DNA of 64,000 bases from Eubacteriales bacterium (lineage in GTDB: Bacteria > Bacillota > Clostridia > Oscillospirales > CAG-272): assembly GCA_045596925.1 (NCBI GenBank), contig JAZODH010000003.1, forward strand, positions 1,100 to 65,099, written 5' to 3'. Within the stretch, counting starts at the first letter, position 1. Every line of letters starts with the position of its first letter. The translations under genes were made by a program, and so were the position numbers. The notes beneath the pieces were generated by a model. The model did no database searches. It worked only from the letters and a program-made list of their open reading frames with translations, and was not told the DNA's origin. Of this stretch, positions 55,390 through 64,000 are shown piece after piece.

Positions 55390-56520
55390 TTGGCAAGAGC
55401 TGATAGCGTAATCGAGCTGAAAAATATCCGCAAGGCATTTGACGGTGAAACTGTTCTCGACGGCATTGATCTTAGTATTCACGACAAGGAGTTCGTGACA
55501 TTACTCGGCCCTTCCGGTTGCGGAAAGACCACTACCCTGCGTATCATCGCGGGCTTTGAATTCCCCGATCACGGCGACGTCTGCATCGGCGGAAAGAAAA
55601 TGAACGACGTTCCCCCTCACAAAAGAAACGTAAACACGGTCTTTCAGAGATACGCGCTTTTTCCGCATCTCAACGTGTTTGAAAATATTGCATTCGGTCT
55701 CCGTCTGGCAAAAAAGCCCGAAGAGGAGATACGCACGCGTGTAAAAGAAATGCTTGCACTGGTAAATCTTTCCGGATTCGAGCGCAGAAACGTCAATTCC
55801 CTGTCAGGCGGTCAGCAGCAGAGAGTTGCCATTGCACGCGCGCTTATAAACGAGCCGAAGATCCTGCTTTTGGACGAGCCTCTGGGTGCTCTTGACCTCA
55901 AGCTCCGCAAGGATATGCAGAACGAGCTTAAAAACATTCAGGTACGCACGGGAATTACATTTATATACGTCACCCACGATCAGGAGGAGGCACTCTCCAT
56001 GTCCGACGTTATCGTGGTCATGAACGAGGGTGTCATTCAGCAGATCGGTACTCCCACCGACATCTACAACGAGCCAGTAAACGCTTTCGTCGCAGACTTT
56101 ATCGGAGAGAGTAACATTCTGGCGGGCGTTATGCTTGAGGACTATAAGGCAAAATTCTCGGGTCACACATTCGAGTGTCTTGACAGCGGTTTTGAAAAGG
56201 GTGAAGCCGTTGATATAGTAGTGCGTCCCGAGGACGTTGACGTTGTACCCCTTGAAAAGGGTATGCTCCAGGGTATTGTCACGGGCGTTACCTTCAAGGG
56301 CGTGCATTACGAGATAATCGTGGACATCGGCGGCTTTAAGTGGGTGATACAGACCACCGATTACGTAGGTCCCGACGAGCGCATCGGTCTGTATATTGAG
56401 CCGGATGCTATCCACGTAATGAAAAAGTCCAAGTATTCGGATAAATTCGGAGACTACTCCTCTTTCAGTGACGAGCTTGAAAAGCTGTCCGACGTAAACG
56501 AGGGGGCAGAGGAAGAATGA
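55390..56520 (+). CDS. potA: spermidine/putrescine ABC transporter ATP-binding protein
   Basis: Walker [10 protein letters not shown], signature [15 protein letters not shown] and a C-terminal TOBE-like domain. Start refined to the in-frame TTG at 55390, 9 nt after GGAGGA. The track start at 55297 sits right at the predicted TSS. Confidence 0.92.
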   Translation: MARADSVIELKNIRKAFDGETVLDGIDLSIHDKEFVTLLGPSGCGKTTTLRIIAGFEFPDHGDVCIGGKKMNDVPPHKRNVNTVFQRYALFPHLNVFENIAFGLRLAKKPEEEIRTRVKEMLALVNLSGFERRNVNSLSGGQQQRVAIARALINEPKILLLDEPLGALDLKLRKDMQNELKNIQVRTGITFIYVTHDQEEALSMSDVIVVMNEGVIQQIGTPTDIYNEPVNAFVADFIGESNILAGVMLEDYKAKFSGHTFECLDSGFEKGEAVDIVVRPEDVDVVPLEKGMLQGIVTGVTFKGVHYEIIVDIGGFKWVIQTTDYVGPDERIGLYIEPDAIHVMKKSKYSDKFGDYSSFSDELEKLSDVNEGAEEE

Positions 56521-57341
56521 AGCACAAAAATATGCAAAGCTGGCTGGCGGCGCCTCACGCCGTCTGGTCGGTTCTGTTCATTATTGCGCCCCTTATCTTC
56601 GTAGCTTACTACGCATTCACCGACAAGGAGGGCGCGTTCACCCTTGACAACGTGGCAAACGCTCTGAGCCGCAGTACGCTGATAATCTTCTTCCGTTCTA
56701 TCAGCTTCGCGCTTATTGCTACGTTTATCTGCCTTATCATCGCTTATCCTCTGGCTTATGCCCTTTCCAAAAGTAAGGCAAGCACGCAGAAGATAATGAT
56801 GATGCTGGTTATGCTTCCCATGTGGATGAATTTCCTTATCCGCACCTATTCCTGGATGGCGATCCTTGAGGACACGGGCTTTATCAATCAGATCCTTGCA
56901 AAGATAGGCCTTGGCCCCGTGCACATGATAAACACAAGCGGCGCGGTTATTTTGGGTATGGTATACAACTTCCTGCCCTACATGATCCTGCCCATCTATT
57001 CGGTAATGTCAAAGATCGACCGTCGTCTTATCGAGGCGGCGCAGGATCTGGGCTGCAGCGGTATCAAGGTACTCACAAAGGTCACCCTGCCCCTTTCCAT
57101 GTCGGGCATCATTTCGGGCGTTACCATGGTCTTTGTTCCCTCTATCAGTACCTTCTACATTTCACAGAAGCTGGGCGGCGGCAACTTTGACCTTATCGGT
57201 GACACCATCGAGCGTCAGTTCCAGACCTCTTACAATTACAACCTGGGAGCGGCAATTTCGCTTATTCTTATGGTGATTATCATCATTTGCATGGCGGTAA
57301 TGAACCACTTCTCGGATGAGGACGGAGGTGTTGTGGTATGA
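56517..57341 (+). CDS. potB: spermidine/putrescine ABC transporter permease
   Basis: 6-TM binding-protein-dependent permease with an EAA loop ([11 protein letters not shown]). ATGA overlap with potA. Confidence 0.92.
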   Translation: MKHKNMQSWLAAPHAVWSVLFIIAPLIFVAYYAFTDKEGAFTLDNVANALSRSTLIIFFRSISFALIATFICLIIAYPLAYALSKSKASTQKIMMMLVMLPMWMNFLIRTYSWMAILEDTGFINQILAKIGLGPVHMINTSGAVILGMVYNFLPYMILPIYSVMSKIDRRLIEAAQDLGCSGIKVLTKVTLPLSMSGIISGVTMVFVPSISTFYISQKLGGGNFDLIGDTIERQFQTSYNYNLGAAISLILMVIIIICMAVMNHFSDEDGGVVV

Positions 57342-58138
57342 AGCTTTCTCAGAGGATCTACACCACTCTCATTTTCGTATTTCTCTACGCACCTATCGGT
57401 ATTCTCGTGCTCTTTTCCTTTAATTCCAGCAACTCCACCGGCGTTTTCGAGGGATTTTCTCTGCGCTGGTATCAGGAGCTTCTGAGCGACAAGGCAACCT
57501 TGGCGGCACTGAAGAACACCCTTATCCTTGCCGTGACCTCCTCGGTCATCGCAACTGTTATCGGAACTGCGGCGGCCGTGGGTATTTCCAGAATGAAAAA
57601 GCAATATCTCAAGGGCACGCTTATGACAGTAACCAACGTCCCCATGATGAACCCCGATATCGTAACGGGTATCTCCATGATGCTTCTTTTCGTGTTCGTT
57701 GGCACTCTGCTCCATTTTGACAACAACCTGAGCTTCTGGACTCTGCTCATCGCGCACGTTACTTTTAACCTGCCCTACGTTATCCTGTCGGTACTGCCAA
57801 AGATAAAACAGCTGGATTCCCAGCTCCCCGAGGCGGCTATGGACCTGGGCTGCACGCCCATGCAGGCTTTTTTCCGTGTTGAGCTTCCCGCAATTATGCC
57901 GGGAGTCCTCACAGGTGCCATCATGGCGTTTACCCTGTCCCTTGACGACTTTGTTATCAGCTATTTCACGGTGGGAAGCGGCTTTGAGACCCTGCCCATC
58001 CGCATCTATTCAATGACGAAAAAGAGAGTTACGCCCGATATGTACGCACTATCAACTCTCATTTTCATCGCTATCCTTTTGCTCCTTATCCTGTCCAACG
58101 TGACAAGCTCAAAGAGCGAAAAGAAAGTAAAAAAATAA
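57338..58138 (+). CDS. potC: spermidine/putrescine ABC transporter permease
   Basis: 6-TM permease with an EAA loop (PEAAMDLGCTP). ATGA overlap with potB. Confidence 0.92.
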   Translation: MKLSQRIYTTLIFVFLYAPIGILVLFSFNSSNSTGVFEGFSLRWYQELLSDKATLAALKNTLILAVTSSVIATVIGTAAAVGISRMKKQYLKGTLMTVTNVPMMNPDIVTGISMMLLFVFVGTLLHFDNNLSFWTLLIAHVTFNLPYVILSVLPKIKQLDSQLPEAAMDLGCTPMQAFFRVELPAIMPGVLTGAIMAFTLSLDDFVISYFTVGSGFETLPIRIYSMTKKRVTPDMYALSTLIFIAILLLLILSNVTSSKSEKKVKK

Positions 58139-58162
58139 CCCTGAAAAGGAGCAACGGCTAAG

Positions 58163-59359
58163 TTGAAAAGATTTTTTTCCGCTTTTTTTGCTTTTGTTAC
58201 GGTTTTTCTTCTCTGCGCGGCGGCTCTGCCCGTCTCAGCCGAGGATATAACCATCAACGTATATAATTGGGGTGAGTATATCTCGGACGGCTCCGAGGAT
58301 TCCCTCGACGTAAACGCCGAGTTTACAAAGGCAACGGGAATCAAGGTAAATTACTCCACCTACGCCAGCAACGAGGACCTTTACGCAAAGCTCAAGAGCG
58401 GTGCCACCGGTTACGACGTCATTATCCCCTCCGACTACATGATAAAGCGTCTGGCGGACGAGGGTATGCTGGAGGAGCTTGACTACTCAAATATTCCCAA
58501 CTATCGGTACGTTTACGATGATTTCAAGGGACTTTACTATGACCCGGACGAGAAATACACCGTTCCCTACACCTACGGCATCATCGGCGTTATCTACAAC
58601 AGCGCACGAGTTGACGAGGCGGACGTGGCCGATCAGTCTTGGAATCTTCTTTGGAACGAAAAGTACAGCAAGATGATACTTCAGTTCAACAACTCCCGCG
58701 ACGCCTTCGGCACGGCTATGTATCTTGAGGGAATCGACGTAAATACCACCGACGAGGCTCTTTGGCGTCAGGCTCTTTCAAAGCTCGCTGAGCAAAAGCC
58801 TATCGTACAGAGCTACGTTATGGACGAGATCTACAACAAGATGGAGTCGGGCGAGGCATGGATCAGCTCCTACTACGTTGGAGACTATCTGAGCATGTAC
58901 GAAAACAATGAGGATCTGTCATTCTACTTCCCCTCCGAGGGCACCAACTACTTCGTTGACGCTATGTGTATTCCCAAGGGAAGCCGCAACAAAGCGGCCG
59001 CTGAGGCTTACATCAATTTTATGCTCTCAAAGGAAATTGCCGTCGCCAACGCGGAGTACATCTATTATGCGTCTCCAAACAGCCTGGTGGTTGAAGACCC
59101 CGAATACGCAGAATACATGGGCGAGGAGGCTATGGAGCTTCTCTACCCCGACATTGATTTTGCCGCAGAGTACGACAAAAACTGCTACAAGACCCTGCCC
59201 TCGGAAACTCTTTCACTTGTCAACGACCTGTGGGAGGAGCTGAAGATCGACGGCTCGGTTGACGCATGGGTGTACATCTCATGCATCGTGATAATCGTTG
59301 GATTCCTCGGCATCGGCATATATAATTTTGCTGTTAAAAAATACAGAGACAACTACTGA
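58163..59359 (+). CDS. potD: spermidine/putrescine-binding protein with cleavable signal peptide and C-terminal TM anchor
   Basis: PotD-like start (ITINVYNWGEYI), signal peptide ending PVSA-ED with no lipobox, and a C-terminal AWVYISCIVIIVGFLGIGIYNFAV helix followed by KKYRDNY. TTG start after AAAGGAG. Confidence 0.9.
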   Translation: MKRFFSAFFAFVTVFLLCAAALPVSAEDITINVYNWGEYISDGSEDSLDVNAEFTKATGIKVNYSTYASNEDLYAKLKSGATGYDVIIPSDYMIKRLADEGMLEELDYSNIPNYRYVYDDFKGLYYDPDEKYTVPYTYGIIGVIYNSARVDEADVADQSWNLLWNEKYSKMILQFNNSRDAFGTAMYLEGIDVNTTDEALWRQALSKLAEQKPIVQSYVMDEIYNKMESGEAWISSYYVGDYLSMYENNEDLSFYFPSEGTNYFVDAMCIPKGSRNKAAAEAYINFMLSKEIAVANAEYIYYASPNSLVVEDPEYAEYMGEEAMELLYPDIDFAAEYDKNCYKTLPSETLSLVNDLWEELKIDGSVDAWVYISCIVIIVGFLGIGIYNFAVKKYRDNY

Positions 59360-59362
59360 AAA

Positions 59363-59397
59363 AATAAGAGCGGTGTATTGCACCGCTCTTATTTTTT
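59363..59397 (+). terminator. intrinsic terminator after potD
   Basis: aataagagcggtg, loop, caccgctcttatt, followed by tttt. Confidence 0.8.
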
Positions 59398-59419
59398 GCG
59401 GATAAAAATTGTAAGGCTC

Positions 59420-59448
59420 TTGTAATGTCAATTTTTTTATGTTATACT
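59420..59448 (+). promoter_or_regulatory. SigA-type promoter of the pullulanase/GH53/GH13 cluster
   Basis: TTGTAA, 17 nt, TATACT, with an extended -10 TG (TGTTATACT). Confidence 0.5.
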
Positions 59449-59494
59449 TTTTGTGGGTATTACCTAAAATATTATTTATCGGGGAGAGTACTCT

Positions 59495-62143
59495 ATGAAA
59501 AAATTACTATGCTTCATTTTGATCCTATCTATGCTTTCGGCATCCTTTTCTCTTATCTTTACGTCGTGTTCCAAGCCCGACGGTGACGGCGGGGACACAA
59601 CGGATGACTCCGCTCAGCCCTCGCAGGACGAGTACAAATTACCGCTTGAGGAAGGCTACAATCAGCTGACCCTTTACTGGACCTACGACGGCAGCTACGA
59701 GAACTGCGACGTGTGGATCTGGTGGGGGGACCGCGCGGGACAGGGGCATCTGTTCCACGAATGCGCTTACGGTGCAAAAATGGTAGTGAACGTTCCCGAG
59801 GACGTTGAGCAGGTAGGATTCATCGTGCGCCGCGACTGCTCCGAACCCGGCGGCAGCTCCTGGGGCAGTGCCACAAAGGACTACGAGCAGGACAGATTTG
59901 CCGTGATAGAGGGCAAGGAAACGGTGATCTACTTAAAGCCCGGAGACGCGGCTCAATACACAAGCGATGACGGAGGAAAAACTCTTAAAATGATACAGAA
60001 ATTCTCTATGGCGGGTATCGTTGACGAAAAGAAGATCCAATACTCGATCTCGCCCAAAACCGCCATTTCAAGCCTTGACGCGGTCAAGGTTTACGAGGGT
60101 GACAGAGAGATCGGGGTCGAGAGCATCTCAACGCTCGGCAAGGATGCTACAACGGGATACATCGAGGTTTCGGAAAGCCTCGATCTGTCAAAAAATTACC
60201 GCGTTGAGATCGACGGCTACGGTGAACGTCCCGTGGTTCCCACGGGCATTTTTGACAGTGAATATTTTGCACAAAATTATCACTACGACGGAAATGATCT
60301 CGGTGCCACCATCAACGGCGACACCACCACCTTCAAGGTCTGGGCACCTACGGCTTCAAAGGTCGTTTTGAACCTTTTCACCGCAGGAAATGGTGTTGAC
60401 GCGTACAAGTCGGTCGACATGGTCAAAGGTGACAAGGGCGTGTGGTCGCACACAGAGGAGTGCGGTCACGGCACCTACTACACCTACACCGTAACCACCT
60501 CCGTCGGAACACAGGAAGCTGTCGATCCATATGCGAGATCGGCAGGTGTCAACGGCAAGCGAGGCATGGTGGTCGACCTTTCCCTCACCGATCCCGAGGA
60601 CTGGAACGGCGCAGACCTCAAATCCCCCATTAAAAAATATTCCGAGGCGATCATCTGGGAGGTCCACGTGCGCGACTTCTCGAACAAGATAGAATCCTCG
60701 CAGTACAAGGGCAAGTATCTTGCTTTCACCGAGTGCGGACTTGTAAATGAGCACGGCGAGGCTGTGGGCGTTGACTATCTCGTGAATCTTGGAATCACCC
60801 ACGTTCACCTGCTTCCCGTTTACGACTACGCATCGGTTGACGAGACCCACCCCGAGGACCAGTTTAACTGGGGCTACGATCCCGAGAACTACAACGTCCC
60901 CGAGGGAAGCTACTCAACCGATCCCTATAACGGCGAGGTCAGAATAAAAGAATACAAGGAAATGGTAAAGGCTCTCCACGGTGCAGGCATCGGCGTCATC
61001 ATGGACATGGTATACAACCACACATACGACGCAAACAGCTCGCTGAACAAGATCGTTCCCTACTATTATTACAGGTACACCTCAACAGGTGCAAATTCCT
61101 CCGCCAGCGGTTGCGGAAACGACACCGCCTCCGAGAGATATATGTTCGGAAAATTCATGGTTGAATCCACCTCCTATTGGGTGGAAGAATACAAGCTGGA
61201 CGGTCTCCGCTTTGACTTGATGGGACTTCATGATCTTGAGACCATGCAACAGGTCGAGAGCGCGGTTCACGCTGTGAACTCCAACGCCATCATATACGGC
61301 GAGGGTTGGACCATGGGCGCGACCATTGACGGAAGCGACCAGGCAAATCAGTCAAACATCTCGAAGATCACCCCCACGGGCAATGCCATCGGCTCTGTTG
61401 CCGTGTTCAACGACGCTATCCGCGACGGTCTCAAGGGCAGTGTTTTCGATGCAAAGGCACAGGGCTATATCAACGGCTCGCCGAAGGCAAACCTTGCAAA
61501 GGTCATGTTTGGAATCAAGGGTGGAAGCGTTTCGGGCACCACATGGAGAGTTCAGAACGCCATGGTCATCAACTACATGAGCGCCCACGACAACAACACC
61601 CTATGGGATAAGCTCTTGCTCTCAAATCCAGATTCCTCCGAGGAGGATCGGATCAGAATGAACCGACTGGGCGCGGCGATCCTTATGATCTCACAGGGAA
61701 CTCCCTTCTGGCAGGCAGGTGAAGAAATGCTCCGCACAAAGGGCGGCGACGAAAACAGCTACAAGTCAAGCGACGCGGTGAACAACATCGACTGGTCAGT
61801 GCTGAAATCGGGCACGATACAATACGAAACCATGCTTTACTACAAGGGACTTATCGAAATGCGCCGTGCATTCAGTATTTTTACCGATCCCGAGACCACT
61901 ATAACCTATGAGGAAACGGGAAGCGGATTGGTCAAGGTCTATTTTGACAACAACCGGGGTGGTGTGGCTGTCGTGGTTCTCAATCCTCACAACACAGCCC
62001 TGCCCTTTGAGATACTTGAGGACTGGAATCTGGTTGCCGACGGTGAGCGCGCAGGATCCGCGGTGCTCGCGCGCGAGGGCAACAACGCTACGATCGACAA
62101 GACAAGCGTCAAGGTCTATGTGAGCGATTCCCTGCTCAAATGA
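59495..62143 (+). CDS. pulA: type I pullulanase (GH13) lipoprotein with N-terminal carbohydrate-binding modules
   Basis: Lipobox IFTSC, pullulanase signature FNWGYDPENYN and GH13 region GLRFDLMG. 882 aa. Confidence 0.9.
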   Translation: MKKLLCFILILSMLSASFSLIFTSCSKPDGDGGDTTDDSAQPSQDEYKLPLEEGYNQLTLYWTYDGSYENCDVWIWWGDRAGQGHLFHECAYGAKMVVNVPEDVEQVGFIVRRDCSEPGGSSWGSATKDYEQDRFAVIEGKETVIYLKPGDAAQYTSDDGGKTLKMIQKFSMAGIVDEKKIQYSISPKTAISSLDAVKVYEGDREIGVESISTLGKDATTGYIEVSESLDLSKNYRVEIDGYGERPVVPTGIFDSEYFAQNYHYDGNDLGATINGDTTTFKVWAPTASKVVLNLFTAGNGVDAYKSVDMVKGDKGVWSHTEECGHGTYYTYTVTTSVGTQEAVDPYARSAGVNGKRGMVVDLSLTDPEDWNGADLKSPIKKYSEAIIWEVHVRDFSNKIESSQYKGKYLAFTECGLVNEHGEAVGVDYLVNLGITHVHLLPVYDYASVDETHPEDQFNWGYDPENYNVPEGSYSTDPYNGEVRIKEYKEMVKALHGAGIGVIMDMVYNHTYDANSSLNKIVPYYYYRYTSTGANSSASGCGNDTASERYMFGKFMVESTSYWVEEYKLDGLRFDLMGLHDLETMQQVESAVHAVNSNAIIYGEGWTMGATIDGSDQANQSNISKITPTGNAIGSVAVFNDAIRDGLKGSVFDAKAQGYINGSPKANLAKVMFGIKGGSVSGTTWRVQNAMVINYMSAHDNNTLWDKLLLSNPDSSEEDRIRMNRLGAAILMISQGTPFWQAGEEMLRTKGGDENSYKSSDAVNNIDWSVLKSGTIQYETMLYYKGLIEMRRAFSIFTDPETTITYEETGSGLVKVYFDNNRGGVAVVVLNPHNTALPFEILEDWNLVADGERAGSAVLAREGNNATIDKTSVKVYVSDSLLK

Positions 62144-62159
62144 TCGAAACGGGAGCTGA

Positions 62160-63494
<1,335 letters not shown>

Positions 63495-63506
63495 ACAGGT
63501 GACAAA

Positions 63507-64000
63507 ATGAAAAGAAAAATATCATTTCTAATAATATTCGCCCTGCTCTGCGCTGTTATTCTGTGCGCTTGCGGCGAAAAGGAGCCGGGACCCGTGCCCG
63601 ACACCGTGGACGACAATTACCGAACCTTTTACCAGATTTTCGTCGGTTCCTTCTCGGATTCAAACGGTGACGGTTTCGGAGACCTGAGAGGAATTATCAA
63701 CAGATTCGATTATCTCAACGACGGAAACGTCAATTCCGATAAAAGTCTCGGGGTTCAGGGCATATGGCTGTCCCCCATCTTCTCGTCCCCCTCCTACCAC
63801 AAGTACGACGCAAAGGATTATTACCAAATAGACTGGCGTTTCGGTGAGGAAAAGGACTTAAAGGAGCTTATCGACCTTTGCCATGAACGCAATGTAAAGC
63901 TGATACTTGATCTTGCAATAAATCACACCTCAAATCAGCACGAGTGGTTCATAAAATTCAAGGAAGCCCGCATGAACGGTGACACCGAAAACGAATATTA
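63507..64000 (+). CDS. GH13 alpha-amylase-family lipoprotein, 5' part (continues past right edge)
   Basis: Not in the ORF track because it is open-ended. Hand translation gives MKRKISFLIIFALLCAVILCACGEKE... then FYQIFVGSFSDSNGDGFGDLRG and LDLAINHTS (GH13 regions). AGGTGA RBS. Confidence 0.85.
   Translation, partial: MKRKISFLIIFALLCAVILCACGEKEPGPVPDTVDDNYRTFYQIFVGSFSDSNGDGFGDLRGIINRFDYLNDGNVNSDKSLGVQGIWLSPIFSSPSYHKYDAKDYYQIDWRFGEEKDLKELIDLCHERNVKLILDLAINHTSNQHEWFIKFKEARMNGDTENEY

Overview
This window looks like a dense chromosomal stretch from a spore-forming Firmicute. Gene content points to class Clostridia: SpoIVA, glgBCDAP with GlgD, a Re-type citrate synthase/aconitase/ICDH cluster, lipoprotein glycoside hydrolases, GGAGG-type RBSs and near-consensus TTGACA-17-TATAAT promoters. 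There are about 56 protein-coding genes in four strand blocks: 1-23.5 kb minus, 23.7-39.8 kb plus, 39.9-51.9 kb minus, 52.1-64 kb plus. In order, the content is:
- greA
- an S41 Ctp protease / M23 peptidase / ftsX / ftsE module
- a PucR regulator, rsmE and a CapD-like dehydratase
- a gap-free 7-gene operon joining candidate Re-citrate synthase, GntR, aconitase and ICDH to proB-proA-proC
- spoIVA
- a DUF3006-plsY-methyltransferase-folC operon
- the glycogen operon glgB-C-D-A-P plus a GH13 enzyme and a small membrane protein
- HtrA protease with an OmpR/HK pair
- an RlmA-like methyltransferase and a GT2
- a polar amino-acid ABC transporter
- TspO and a class A PBP
- an odd DivIVA-like / fumarase-beta / XRE-TPR / lipoprotein cassette
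- rqcH
- an AraC-controlled three-enzyme sugar cluster
- potABCD
- a lipoprotein pullulanase, a GH53 galactanase and a truncated GH13 amylase

I found no rRNA, tRNA, CRISPR array, transposase, integrase, phage or recognisable defence/toxin genes, and no compositional island visible by eye. The many long antisense ORFs in the track look like shadows of GC3-rich genes.

This reads as ordinary core genome, and I cannot point to a convincing new multi-gene system. The leads most worth a second look are:
1. the overlapped cassette at 46.7-49.3 kb
2. an ABC permease with a roughly 250-aa N-terminal extracytoplasmic domain of unknown type
3. FtsX with a roughly 90-aa acidic low-complexity insert next to a catalytically intact coiled-coil M23 peptidase
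4. the citrate-to-proline supraoperon with palindromes flanking its promoter
5. an inverted repeat that would sequester the spoIVA Shine-Dalgarno in read-through transcripts

All product calls come from motif and architecture recognition by eye. No searches or computations were run.
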